DNA of 61,586 nt, counting the filler, from Choristocarpus tenellus KU-1152 (lineage: Eukaryota > Protista > Phaeophyceae), in assembly GCA_964200185.2 (NCBI GenBank). It is 10 parts of 10 records of this genome, joined end to end, with 100 filler letters (N's around TTAATTAATTAA, not from the genome) between each part and the next. Parts side by side here need not be neighbours in the genome. Positions count along the whole stretch, not along the records: positions 5,755 to 12,951 come from CAXNAD020006554.1; positions 13,052 to 22,047 come from CAXNAD020004101.1; positions 22,148 to 26,039 come from CAXNAD020017319.1; 7 more parts are not named here. One strand, given 5' to 3'. Below, piece by piece: positions 11,958 to 25,293 of this stretch (its first letter is position 1; the number at the start of each line of letters is the position of its first letter). The position numbers and the translations under genes were made by a program. Under the pieces are notes generated by a model. It worked only from the letters and a program-made list of their open reading frames with translations, had not been told where the DNA came from and made no database searches.

Positions 11958-14488
11958 TGGGGCATGTTCCAGTGAACAACTGATACAATTTTCTGTTCCA
12001 TCATTGTCCCTTTCTCACTCAGCAGTAGCAAGTGTGGGGATGTCGATGCTTAAATGTTTCATGGAAGGGAGAGTACCTGCATAAAACGTCAGACTATATT
12101 GCAAGTTTGTGATCTGGTATGCAATTTACCTGAGACCGCAGCAAACTGCGCATGGCATTTATTGGGTTCAAGCTGTTTGTGGGTAGTTACCTCCCAGGCT
12201 ACGTTGGTGACGGAGTCATGGACCTGACCAAGCAGTTTCAACAAGATCCTTCTTGGGGTTTCATGGAGGTAAGACTTCCATCATGCATATCGTCAAGGAG
12301 CACAGGCAAAAGGAGAAGAGAAACATAAGCACATGCACCAGCACTCTCAATATCTTGTCCTCCTATCTGTAGGTGTAGGTGTAGGTTGACCAGCACACCA
12401 TACTTCTCACCTACCATTCCACCACACAAAAACACATACTCATACTGCCACTCTTCTAACATCTTCATAAATCCATAGTCTTAGTCATTTTCAAGATTCA
12501 ACCTGGTGGTGTGTTACACAATAATCGGGGGAGACAGTCTATCGGTGTGTTGTGAGAGGGGGCTCCCAGGATGAGTGAGGGTCATTCATTTGTGGTAGAA
12601 ACCTGAACCACTGCACTCTAAATAAGCGACTTGACAGGACAGAGAGGCAAAAGAAGATATGATTGTAACACTGTGCTGTCCAAATATCAAGATAATGTGG
12701 CAAAGCGTATAATTTCCAGTACCAAACAGCTATTTTTCGAAAAAGGCTCTAACCAAACAGCTGTACAAAATACTTCACGGTAGACCTTAATCTCGTATAC
12801 TATCTTTGTTCCAAAAAATCCCATTCCTACCGTACCATACCGTACCATACAAGATATTGTGGTAGACCCTACCGTGTCAGACTTTACTGTGGTATTTACA
12901 GAATTGATACACTACCATGCCCTCTTGATATCTTGTAGATATGTCAGGGAANNNNNNNNNNNNNNNNNNNNNNNNNNNNNNNNNNNNNNNNNNNNTTAAT
13001 TAATTAANNNNNNNNNNNNNNNNNNNNNNNNNNNNNNNNNNNNNNNNNNNNCCCCCCAGATACTTTGGGTCAGAATGACGCCTATATTACACTGACTGAT
13101 CCAAGGAATTAATTCGCCCTTAATCTCATCTAGCCACCATCTCTCTATCTCTTTTCTACTTTGCAGTGTATGAAGACTTTGAAGATACACCCATTTTATG
13201 TATATTGATATGGACAGGATTCTTGGGGGTTTTTCCCTTCACTCTTTCCGCTTTTGACAGATAACGATTGGGGTTACAGCAACTACAACGATGACGACAC
13301 TGGATCTATTGATGGCGATGACTGTTCCAAGTTTTTCCTCCCTGCCAGCAGGCGAGAAACCTCAGCCAGAAGTGAGAATGAAGATGAAGACCCGAGATCA
13401 AGTTTCTATGAGTGCCCCATGCAGTTGTGACACTGAAAACTGGCGAACACATTAGTTGAGCTGGTTCTCCACTAATACAAGTAGATGAGACCACCTAGAG
13501 TGTATCCAGGTTTTAGTGAAAGGTAGTTAAGAAAGGTTGTGCGCTGTTTGCACCCCACATTGTTGACAAATTTGTATAGTACCCACAGTCGAATGGCAAG
13601 GTGTTCTTTTGTGCCCTCCTCTGAAGGGGAAATATGACTTGACCAGATGATTCGGTTTGTGGAATGATGATATGCATTAAATGTGACGGCACAATTCACC
13701 AAGAAGAGATAAAATCTCGCTACAATACTATGAAAAGAAGCACATGAGACCTATTGACCAACAACAGTGACTCTAGCAGTACAGGTGTCCAAATCGATCG
13801 GATTCTGAATTATGATGGAGAGATGCTGTGCCTATGTACCACCAACACCAGAAAAACTACTTCTGACTCGTTCTTGGGACCCTAATATCCAAAAATCTTT
13901 GCCTCCCTGGGCATCTATATTTTGCTCCTCACTACAGTTGAAAATTTTGTGTATGATCGTTAAATTAAAAGAGCCCAGGAAGATGAGGCAGTCATCGCCT
14001 CCCCCAGCATGCTCAAGATATTCCAAGTATTCCCATCTTCAATTGACACATTGTGCTGGACAAGAACATCCAATCAAATTTACCTAACAGAACATACGTA
14101 TTGTGGTACGTGGAGAATTGCTCCAGGTGCATGCAGTGACATCAACAGAAGTACTCATACTCTACCAAATCTGCCACTCCATCACAATGAACCTTTGCTT
14201 AGAAGGCACAATCTCAGCATTGACAGTGATGAGAATACACAGGATTCAGCAGACGATGATGAAGGACTGATCTCTTGCCACAAAGGATATCTTAACGTTC
14301 TGGAGGGCCCCCTGTTCAGAAATGGATGCATTGCTGTTCCAGAAGACAAAATATCCTACTCTGTTGTGTCCTCCTTCACAGTCAAGTCTGGCGATTAGAA
14401 TTGTACACATTTTTCTGAAGGTGTTCTGACTGGAACACACTATGCTCTGGAGAGAAAGTGTAGCTTTCTGGGGTGGTGATTAGTGGGC

Positions 14489-14759
14489 GAGTGAAAGTGT
14501 CTTAGAAAGTACGAGTTTTGTCCTGTTTGTTCATTTGGGACTTGGCTTCCTATGTTTTTATTGTTTGCATTTTCCTACTCCGAAATATTTTGGAGTAGGA
14601 AAACGTAAAACATTTTGGAGTAGGTATAATGTTATTATGTCCGGAACAAGGTTATGGATACTTCATAACAAAAGGAATAGCCAAAATTACATTAAAATCG
14701 CAACATTGGATTTTAGTCCCCAAACGGACGCGACTTTACCCTCTAAGATAATTTGGCTC
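14489..14759. mobile_element. MITE family A, full-length copy
   Basis: Same TIRs and internal CCTACTCC..GGAGTAGG hairpin as the other copies; TSD not clean. Confidence 0.85.
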
Positions 14760-15460
14760 TGGAGTCGAGTGTGTGCCCAGCTATACCTCCTCTAAAAAGA
14801 CTCCACACGTTCCTGGAGTTTGATGCAGGCAAACCACCCCAACTTGGGATCATTTTGACATCTGTCAAAACAGAAGCCCCGTATCTGGCAACCATGATAG
14901 GAACAACCACAAAGGACTGGGTTAGGGCAAACATACTTGAAAGAACTTTTGGAGAGACTAGTAGAGGAGTCTGAGCAGCTCTTCCTTCCCACCCAACCTC
15001 CCCATTAACACCTCACTCACGTGCGGGGCAGAATGGAACAGAGAAGGGTACATGGTACATCATCAGTGAGTCCAAAACACGAGACAAAAGAACTAGCCCT
15101 CTCCAATGCAGAATGACACTCATACACACAGAAACATGATGTTCAGTACTTGACATTATGAAATATATTTATTTTGTGAACTTGAAAAGAATATGCTGGG
15201 GGTTATTGGATCCTTGTGACATGTTTGGACAACTCTTCCGAAAAATTTGAGAATACTGGACAAGGAACCTTTCCGCGGATAATAGATGCAACAATAGAAG
15301 ACTGAACAACACAACTGTCACTATAAATTGTGTACATCGTTGCAACCATAATTCAGATCTCCCTTCCCCCTAATACTTTGTTTTGCTCACGAATTCTGCA
15401 TAATTTATTTTTTTTCTCTGTTTGCAATCCACTCATTCCCTCTTCCCTCCCCATTATGTA

Positions 15461-15920
15461 CCCCCACTTATGACCACCCAGTGCAACCTCTTCGTCGCTA
15501 ATTTCTCGTCCTCCCCCCCCTTTGCGATGGTCAACCAATGCAAACCCCTTTCACCACTGATTTCCAGCCAACGCTCACCTCTGATGACCAACCAGTGCGA
15601 ACCCCCTTCGTCACTTATTTCCAGTCACCCCCCACATCTGATGACCAACCACAGCGAACCACCTTCGCCACTGATTTTCAGCCTCCCCCTACATCTGATG
15701 ACCAACCACGGCGAACCCCCTCCGTCACTGATTTCTAGTCACCCCCCACATCTGGTGACCAACCAGGGTGAACCCCTTCGCCAATGATTTCCAATCAACC
15801 CCCAAATCTGATGACCAACCAGGGCAACCCCCTTCGCCACTGATATCCAGTCATCCCCCACACCTGATGACCAACCAGGGCAAACCCCCTTCGCCACTGA
15901 TTTCCAGTCACCCCCCCCCA
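15461..15920. repeat. Minisatellite, ~8 x 57 bp
   Basis: ATGACCAACC-type anchor recurs at 15470, 15527, 15584, 15641, 15698, 15755, 15811 and 15867. Confidence 0.92.
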
Positions 15921-16422
15921 CCCTTCAACCCCACTCAACCCCACACCAGCTACCACTCCACTCGACCCCAACCCCACTTACCACTCCACCACACCACTCA
16001 ACACCACTCCACAATCATCCAAGAACACCCCTTCATCATCCACTTCATACCGCACCTTTGAGCTAGAAGACATCTACTCTGTCCGAACTTGACCTCCCCT
16101 CCCTTTTCCCAGCATCCCCATCGGTTGTGAGCAAGCAACAGGGTGGGTGGGCAGGAAAACTTGCTCGGAGGTTGTCTTGTTCTAGGTATTCTTTTCGATA
16201 CTGGCCATTCCTTCTTCCCTTGTGCCTCCATCTACCACTCATTTCTTTAACTTCGCCCCTCCCTCTCCTAGCCACTCAATACTTAACTCTTCGTTCACCC
16301 TCTTGCTAATTCTTATTTTTCTCCCTGATCGCTCCCTTCCTCTGTGATCCCCTCCAACCAGAATTCTTCCATCCACAAAACCCAGACTACTTCATAAACT
16401 TTCCCTCTAATGTTCTAACAAA

Positions 16423-16655
16423 ATCTACTGTCATGGGATCGAATCCCGGTGCGGTTACATGGCCTTACATTTGTCAAAAGGCTAAACACGCCGCCAGGAT
16501 ACACAACCTCAGATTAGTGGTTGCCCTACCGAAGTTGGTCACTGATTAGAGGGATAGCAAGCAACCCTCGGTCGAAAACTCACCAAGACTAACAGCTTGC
16601 GATCGCCAGGATTAGGTTTTGAGCTGACTGCCTGCTCAGTCGACACAGGGGTTTA
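16423..16655 (+). mobile_element. Retroposed SINE-like insertion with 16-bp TSD
   Basis: Perfect direct repeat CTAATGTTCTAACAAA at 16407-16422 and 16656-16671; a tRNA T-arm/B-box-like GGGATCGAATCCC sits near the 5' end. Confidence 0.65.
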
Positions 16656-17129
16656 CTAATGTTCTAACAAAGGTTGCCCCAGAACACTAGGCAAATATTT
16701 TCGATCGTGTCTTTGTGTATGCAGACAAGTGCGGAAGAGATACATTGCAAATCTAACAAGTACATAGTCATCCCCATTTTGAATTATAGAAATGCCACTA
16801 GGTAGTAACTACTTCCAATGCGGAAACAAGGCGGGCAGGCAGGCAGTCGCACACTCGTCAGATTCTCTTGTTCATTTGTTGGGGGGATCACTCGCAATTC
16901 AGCATGTTTACGCACATACATGGAGAGGATGTGCCTTAAAATGTTCCAAACGACCTTTAGATACACTACATATGAATAGTACTTCCTATGCTCGGAATTA
17001 AATGTAACATAGCTTTTGCGGACACAACGAAGAAGCAAGTTTTTTTTCACGTTTTCGTTTTCTGGGTATATTGTGCAGACACTAAAAGGTTGCCGACGAA
17101 AATTTCAAGCAAATGGGGCAGGCAACACC

Positions 17130-18620
17130 TATCTATAATTCAGCCCTCGAAAACCTCCGAAATTCCATTCCAGCTCAGTATTTCGCTGTATCCACCAGGG
17201 TATTCGGGGGGAGCTTGCCCGCCTTCTCAACCTTTTCCTTGCTAAGATTGGAAATTTTGAAGACACTGTCACCCTTGGACCCCAGTATCTCACCGTAGAC
17301 TGTGAAGGGTTTCTGCCATAAATGCTGTAGTGTCTCCTGGGGTACACATCAAATGCCTCCATTGTGGCCTCTACCAGCTCCTCTCCGTTGGTCACCCCTA
17401 CGTCTTCGTTCAGTTACTGGATGAAAAAAGAATCCCACGCCGTTGACGTTGAGGTCAGGTGAGTTGACTGGCCGGGTCTCTATGACAATTTCGTTGTTGA
17501 AACCTGAATTGTATGGAATGTGCTTTCGTGTGCAATGGCAGGTTTGTGATGAAGGGATGTCATAGTGCCGCAAGGTGCCGGTGAATTTATTCTGTTGCAA
17601 CTGAAGTCATGGCTTCCTCAGTCAGATGATAGATGATGTATATTCGATGTTCTTCCTTGGTACACTCAAAGGAAGAAATCCATGCTCTAAGAAGATGCGT
17701 GTTACCCTGGCAAACAAGGGTTTCTGGGGATGTTTTTCCTCTTAATATATGGCATCCAGTTGTGTATCAGGTTAGCCTAACACAGAGTGAGCTTGGTGTC
17801 TTATGAGGGGAAAATGTCAAGAAAATAATAATCAACAATTGACATACAACTGGAGTTTTCTACTGTTAAGAAGAAGGGAAAAACAAAAAACAAAGAAACA
17901 ACACAACAAACTCGAATCAATATCTGATGTAGCTCAAGCGACACATATTATGCCTGTGTATGTGATGGTAGCAACTGTTCTTATGCTTCCTATGTACTGC
18001 AGTGTTCTGAAGAGAGTTGATGGTGTTGTGATGATGAGCTAGTGATGCAGGTGAAAGTAACGACCAGTACAGCGGATCAATCAACAGTCAGTATGGACTG
18101 GCGGTACTATATCGTATCAAGAAGAAAAAAATGAGTAGCCTATGTTTTAAGAGTCGTCCCCGCCACCTCCTCGATTACCTCCACGATCCCTTGGTATGTG
18201 GCTTTGCCCCGTCCTGCTGCACGAAGATGGCATGTACTTCCAGCCTAGCCATCCGAGGTTTGATTTGCTGGGACGACAAACTCTATCATGAGCTTCATAT
18301 AGCTCTCCCCGCACACCTTGACTGGCTCAAGCACCTTGGTACCCTTGGGGTGGTGTTTGCTGAAGCGCTGAGTGACCTTAGCGTCCATGATTGACCAGAC
18401 CCCGATTTTCCCATCGAACCACACGCCGTTGGAGAGCTTCCTAGGGGGGGGCACAGCTGCAAGGAACATCACCTTCGACAAGTAATGCTCTTTCTGTGCC
18501 CATAGGGGGTTGAGGGGGTCCTCGGTGGGGTGCAGGTACACACCTTGCCCATCTTTGAGGATGTTACACCACTTATCCTCCACATGCATCCAGTCATAAA
18601 GATCGTCCACGTGGGTCGTT
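17130..18620 (-). pseudogene. Second DD39D-like mariner transposase, split by a solo LTR
   Basis: 18620-18155 encodes WMHVEDKW, HYLSKVMFLAAV, WFDGKIGVW and VQQDGAKPHT. After the insertion, 17494-17130 encodes EIVIETRPVNSPDLNV and EELVEATMEAFDVYP. Confidence 0.88.
17495..18152 (+). mobile_element. Solo LTR inserted in the mariner catalytic domain
   Basis: Starts TGTTGAAACCTGA and ends GTAGCCTATGTTTTAAGA; both ends are homologous to the solo LTR at 51802-52591; flanks TTCGT/GTCGT (4/5 TSD). Confidence 0.8.
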
Positions 18621-21600
18621 TCCAGGCGAGAACGGAGCTTGCAAGAGTTAAATAGTGTAGCAACATTCCATGCCACCAACATCTGATTTCTTAGTCTGCA
18701 GAATAAGTACTTCCTAAATCTTGGTAGCCTGTAACCAAAAGGGGCCATATGAAAATACGAAACCTGGAGTAATTTTATTAAAATACTGGGAGGGGTGACA
18801 AATTTGAAACTACTGCAATTTGCTTCAAGAATATTCAATACAACATGCAGTACTATAAATATAGTGTTGATATCCTTCATGCACCAAACTGAAGGACAGT
18901 AGAGCACAAACATATTAAGAGAGATACAACTTTTTGGCACACTACTGTGTGTATGATGATGGTGTGCAATTAACCTTGGAAAGAATTGCTATTTGATCAG
19001 TAGTGAAGACAAGAAGGTGTGGGGCCTCACATGATTCCCCATTGCTGAATATGTTTTCATAGTTGAAAAGAAGAGTGACCTTGTGGGGTATCTTCTTATT
19101 GCTTCTGTATATTATTTGTGTGCCTCAGGTGTAAGTCAACAGTTATCTCAGAGAATTTTGTTCGTAATACCAAACCCTATGCATAATCTTGATGTACTAT
19201 CTCATTAGTTACATCACATACATGGACTCAATCCAATGCCGTAATCTCACATACACAATTAGGGTACACACCTTACGATTGTCCTATTTTGGACAGATGG
19301 CAATATAGAAAGGACATCGATGGAGAGATCAACTGCAAAACGAGACTGCAGAATAGGTCCCACCTCAACATCTCTCGACAAAACACTCAACATGAGCAAT
19401 ACCTAAATGACATCAAATAATTCTTCAATTTCTCTCAGGTCGAAATACATCCACGGAAGAACCCCCAACAACCCATGCAAATAGTCCACAATGGTAATAG
19501 TTGGAGATCAAAGCCGCAAATATCTATGTAAATAGACAAGGGGGTCACAAGTTCTCTATTGTGTTTCAAAGCGTCTTGGTAAACAACCACCACATGTAAT
19601 TCAGGCTCGTTGACCTAATCGGGCCATTGACTATGTCGTTGAAAGGACAATGTATGAGATGTCACCGCTCTCAGGCTTGCCTCAGAGTGTAAAGATCGCT
19701 TGGTAAATGAGGCTAAACATCAAAGTACATAGGTTGCAGACTTGCTACCCTGCGCAACAGACCATCAGAGCATTGTAACAAGCTGCCACTATTTATACGA
19801 AAGTGGGCTTATAACACATTCTCTTAAGCGCTACTACCCAGCACTGCGTGGCATTATGCTTTGCATGCCTCACACCAATCGACGCCCACTATTCTCTATG
19901 AAACTCTCCACTCTGGCGCCCACATCTTTTGTGCTTCCTCTCCTCTTTCTTCCACCCAAAAAATTTCGTTCTATTTTTTAAATGCCTAAAGAGGTCTCGT
20001 GCTATTTGGGGCGGTGATCACTGCAGTCCTAAGTATGGTATAAGGACGGTTTTGTACCCTATCATGATTTACCATAGGATTTTGAACACATTAATTGCTA
20101 CCATGCCATGTCGTGGAAATAATGTGTTATAGCACGCTCCAAAGCTTACCTCCACGGGATGTGTAGCTCCAATCCACAGGCCTATAGCTGACGCTGATGC
20201 TCGTAACAAGCCTCCCAGGATACTTCCGACAGTCAATAGGTCCAACGAGCTTAACGAACGTCAGGTCAGCAGAATAAGGTACTTTTCTCAATCGATATCA
20301 GCATATGAATTTGGTATCGGAATTAAGAAAAGTGATCAGAGGGCATTGATTGTGCAACACTCTTTTATTTCTATTATCGTCATCTACCGTTTACTTTTTT
20401 TGGTTTACAAACATTGGAATACATCTGAAAACCGTTGCACATACATTGCCAACCTAAAGATCTTACTCTGAAACTTTTAGCAAATCGGAGTTCCCCTTAG
20501 AAGGTTCCCCGAGCGTGTATACCGCTCGCGCTTGTTTGAGCGCGGGAAGAAATACTCGCTCTATTCGCCTGTAACAAATGCTAAAAATAGCGTAGAAAAC
20601 CTAAGGGAAAGCCGTGTACCGTACCGCTCAAAATAGGACTTGCTACACAAACACCGTACCCAAAAAGTTAAAATCTGTTACCAGACTATAATAATGTAGT
20701 GACATATACAAACCAAATTATATTTTGTATCCTAAGTATGGATCTATATGGATCCATTGAACCATTCTCATTGTAGATATTATTCATAGTAGTCTGACCT
20801 CTGCCAGAGTATGGTGCAAAACGTTCCACAGATTACCTCCAAGGGATGGGTAGCTCTGATCTACAAGCCTGTAGATGACGTTGATGCACGTAGAAGGCAC
20901 CTGTGATGTATCGATGACCTAATGACCAGTGGAGATGGTGATTATCAGGTTAACAGGTGGAGGTATAATTATTTTCGGGGCAAGTATACGACAATGGACC
21001 AGAACAGACAACGTGCGGTTGTGTGTTGCACGAAAACAGTTCTGAAAGTGTCGAATTTTCAGAAGCCATAATTGCAACTGAAAACTATTGCAATATTCTC
21101 CAGTTTCAGATTTTATACTGTAACTGTAGCGAATCGAACTTTCCCATTTGGGTTGCCTGCACACATACTTACCGCTTGCACTGGTTAGAGAGCGTGAGAA
21201 ACAGTACATACACTAATCGTCTGTAAAATGCCCCCCAGCGTGAACTAGGTATACATGCTTCACGCTTACCACACAGGAGATTTTAATAGGACAAGAGATA
21301 GTGTCTATCACCTCAATCGCTTTCCAGCACCATGTTTTTGTTACCCTTGGATGGTAGAGCCAAGATTTCCAAAAAGAATTTGTCACCAAATTGGTTTCAC
21401 AGGGAGTTCAGTTCCAGACTACCCAATTGCTTCTAATAATGATCGAGGTATCCCTGAGTTTCCTTTGAGGGCGGCTCTCCAAAAGTCACAGGATACAGTT
21501 AGGGTCAGTTCTCATTTGATCTAATCAGAGTATACATTATTTGTCCTTTCCGGGATTTGGGTCAAAATTTACAAAATTTACATCTTTGATTGGAGACCCT

Positions 21601-21774
21601 TTATTCCAATATTTCCAGATAGTTGCAACTATGATTAATGAATGTCGTTCTCTCCTTTGGGAGTGTCAGTCCCAAAAAATGTCGCAGGATGCAATCACAG
21701 TCGGTTCCCATCTGGTCTTACCTGAGTACGCACTTGTTCCTTTTTGGAGATATGGTTTAAAAGTTTTGAAGCAT

Positions 21775-22047
21775 TTCGAAACATAGGCTACGCATCTTTT
21801 GTGTATTTGGTACGATAGAGTATTACGGGTTCATACTGACTGTTGATTCGCACATCGGTAATGGTCGTTAATCATATTTACATCATTAGCACCTCATCAT
21901 AGCATCATCAACTAGTGTTAGAACATCATGGTGCATAGGAAGTATGGAACAGTCAACATCTTTGAGGATACAAGCATATTGTTAAAGTATCCCCAAAATC
22001 ATCAAAGAACATAAAGGTGATAAACCTGGCGAGATTGCTTGGTGTCT
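21775..22047 (-). mobile_element. Partial copy of the same LTR family (reverse orientation, cut by contig end); another 3' fragment at 26312-26418 (+)
   Basis: AAACATAGGCTAC...CATACTGACTGTTGATT is the reverse complement of the LTR 3' end at 18075-18150 and 52515-52591. Confidence 0.75.
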
Positions 22048-22604
22048 NNNNNNNNNNNNNNNNNNNNNNNNNNNNNNNNNNNNNNNNNNNNTTAATTAAT
22101 TAANNNNNNNNNNNNNNNNNNNNNNNNNNNNNNNNNNNNNNNNNNNNTTTTGCAAAAAACCCATCCTCATAGTCCCGCGCCTTCCTCAATTTTGAGATTC
22201 CCCTGTTATTGCCCGTTCGACCTGGTCAAACTCCAACAAATCGATAACCACAAAGACAACACCAACCTCACCCTCATAATTTAGTGAGACTTCTGATGTT
22301 TATCATCACAAATCGATAATGATACTGCTTTTGATGGATGGTGGAGTAGAGTGGATCTTTCGTTCATTGGTGATGACATGTTAGTTTTAGCAAGTAAATA
22401 GTATTACAATACAGAATCAAGGATTGAGGTTAAAGGGTAACACTTCAAAATAGGTTTTAAGTATATTCAATCAATCAGTTTTGATTTGTCGTCATATCCA
22501 ATAAAAATACTTTTACAAGATCATCATCATCCCTCCTCTCTTTACCAAAAAGCAAACCAAACCTACCGGTGTGGGTGGGGTAGGTGATACCCCTCCGAGT
22601 TTCG

Positions 22605-24856
22605 ATGTCGAGATGGAGGAAGCCATATGTCTTCTTTCTCTTCCTGATCCTCATACTCGGATGTACTCGTCTCTGCGTTCGTGCCTTCAAGCTCCCGTCA
22701 CCTCCGGAGTACTGTTCTAAAGACATGGACTTGAACGCCATCCCGGCCCTCTCTGAATCGCTGAACGCATCTTTCAATACATCTCTTACAGAAAACGATG
22801 TCGAGCTTCTCCAGGTAAGTCAAAGTAGTACTTAGAACTCCTCAATCGTGTACTTACACCATAGATAACCTCTTTCTTGGTGCCCTAATGCCACAACACT
22901 TTCACGTCACCTAGGTGCAAGTCCTGATTCGCCATGGTGCACGAACACCATGGGGCCCAATCTTGTGTTGGGATGGATATGACCATACGTGGGACTGCAA
23001 TGTGACCGAGGTAACATATTTCGATTTCAGGTGTTATGGGTCTTACGTGGGGATTAGGTAGGTAGGTCGGAAAATGTGCACAATAGGACTAGTGTATGCC
23101 CTGAGGTGATTGCCATGTCGGGTACATTTCCATACTCGTCCGTCCAATTTACCTATTTGTACCTAAGGGTCGGGGAAGAAAATTTGCACACACCATCACC
23201 AAATGAGGAAGGAGCTGGTAAGGCCTGAGTATGCTGACTTGGTTTGAGGCACTCGTGCATTTTTGTATTTCCTCGCCTGCATGTGGGTCTCTTACCCACT
23301 GGAACCCTCAAACTCTTAACCGCATTATCCCCCCTTCCACACCACACCCAGGTTGTGGCCCCTAGTCCAGGTGCTGGGAGTCCACCTGAGAACCTCCTAG
23401 GTCTCTTTCAGAAGACGTACGACGCGTACCCCTCGAATAACTTGCTCGGGGGTACCTGTATGTTGGGGCAGCTTATTGACGAGGGATTCGAACAGGAGAA
23501 ACAGAATGGCCTGTGAGAAACATAATAGTTTATGGATAGTAACCTTGCGTAGTAGTTCAATAGTGGTGAATACTAATGTCAAGATTTGAAGGGACCAATG
23601 CAATAACAATGGAGTAGGTTAATATAACATGGCAACTGCACTACGGTGAATTTAACAGCATAAGCACAGTGAAAACGTCGTTTCACTACTTTTTTTTTGC
23701 ATCTCCTCAGCATCCCGAACCCACTCGTCTCCGTTTCGTAATTATCCCTTTCGTAATGTTTGAGCTCTTGCCCTTAACCTCTCACACGCAACCTGCTACT
23801 TCAGGCACCTTCGGAGTGCGTACATCTGTGAAGGTCCAGCGTGTCTCTTTGCCAATACTTCTGTTGAAGAGGCTCAGGGTGCCCTCTATCTGCGGAGTGA
23901 TGATGAACAGAGAACCGTCATGTCTGGTCAGGTATGAAGTTTCGTATTTTGAGAAGCAGTGTTCTCTCACCTGATTGGAGAATGCACTTGTGTTTTGTGC
24001 CTCTTCACCTCGATCTTTTGTGTGTTGCATATTCCAGTGAAAACTTTCATGATGACCCTTGTTACCAAACTTCTACTCTCCGTTGAAATTTTGAGTACTA
24101 GAGTTATGAATCAGAATCGATAGCTTGCACCTACTTCGGTCTGATATTGTAATTGATTATTGTAGGTCTCGCTCTGGGATCAATCTACTCGCAGGGCAAG
24201 GCTCTATCTGCAGAATTTTAAACTGTCCAAGGATATAAATTTAGTGGGAATGTGCAAAAATAGTAGTTGACTCCCCCCCCCCCCCAAACTCATCCTTCTG
24301 CAAAACTATCCACGACCACAAAGAATATGACATAGAAGGGGAAGTGCCATTGCACCAAACTTGGCTTCAGCTGTGAGGTGTTTTTTTCGAGGATACTTTT
24401 CTTGGGCTCATGTCTACGTTCCAAGACCCCAACAAGTTATTTCCGTTGGTCAATCAGCACTCGACAGATTTTCACCTTTTAAGACTATTGCCCTCCTTCA
24501 AGTATGTGAGGTTTAATTGTGGGCGAGCTTGTTCTTTGCATTTCTTTTTGGTGCCCTTTGTCTTGCAGTGGACACTCCCCTTTCCCATGTCTATTCATCC
24601 CCTGAGCCCGAGCTCATTGTGATTCATCGGAACACACCTTACTCCTCGCTGATAGACTAGCCTCACTCATCAAAGTCATCACTTTTCCCCCACTCCAGAT
24701 ACTGACAGCAAGTATGTTCAACATGTCGAGCTCAACAGTGCTCCCTTGGCACACGGGAGATGATGAAATAGACTACATCGCGATCAATGAGAACATCTGT
24801 CCACGTTTGTGGGAGTTGGAGGCGGAGAGCAAGAGCAGTAAGGACTACATTGATAG
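22605..24856 (+). CDS. Histidine acid phosphatase (branch 2; lysosomal/secreted type), first five exons
   Basis: Exons 22605-22814, 22915-23010, 23352-23512, 23805-23931 and 24699-24856 are all in phase. Signal peptide; catalytic VLIRHGARTP (RHGxRxP); GQLIDEG..Q..NG..LRSAY; YLRSDDEQRTVMSGQ; CPRL; several N-glycosylation sequons. Confidence 0.92.
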
Positions 24857-25033
24857 GTAAAGACCCTAAAATGGTGTACATTTTTGTGTTTCAGAGGCTG
24901 TTCGTTCTGCATTGACCATTTTTCGTTGTACAACATACCCCCCCACGTGTTGAGAGTTTTTTTTTCTGATTTCCGTTTTTTGTGATAGGGAAAACAGGCC
25001 GTTCATGCTCACAAAATGCCAGGTAGGTGAATA

Positions 25034-25293
25034 GAGTGAAAGTGTCTTAGAGGGTACGACTTTTGCCCAGTTTGTCCATTTGGGGCTTGGCTTCCCATGT
25101 TTTTTTTATTACATTTTCCTACTCCAATACATTTCGAGTTGGTAAAATGTATACGTTATGAAAAGTTGTATCCGGAACAAGGATATTGACACTTCCTAAC
25201 AGACACGATAGTCAAACTATATATATCAAAATCGCATCATTGGATTGTGGCCCCCAAATGGATGAGGATCTACCATCTAACATACTTTGGCTC
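25034..25293. mobile_element. MITE family A (in the acid phosphatase intron)
   Basis: GAGTGAAAGT...ACTTTGGCTC termini; 3-bp TSD ATA. Confidence 0.88.

Noticed and set aside
13260-14400. Possible autonomous transposase for the MITEs; similar coding-like debris at 36600-37200 and 43800-45900
   Set aside because: No diagnostic motif could be read with confidence; too degraded to assign by eye.
15461-15920. Tandem hammerhead ribozymes (each unit has CTGATGA)
   Set aside because: No GAAA core or stem II/III pairing follows the motif.
22605-22720. Plastid targeting of the acid phosphatase (VRA-F)
   Set aside because: Phe at +1 is followed by an acidic, glycosylation-rich mature region rather than a transit peptide; a secretory route is more likely.
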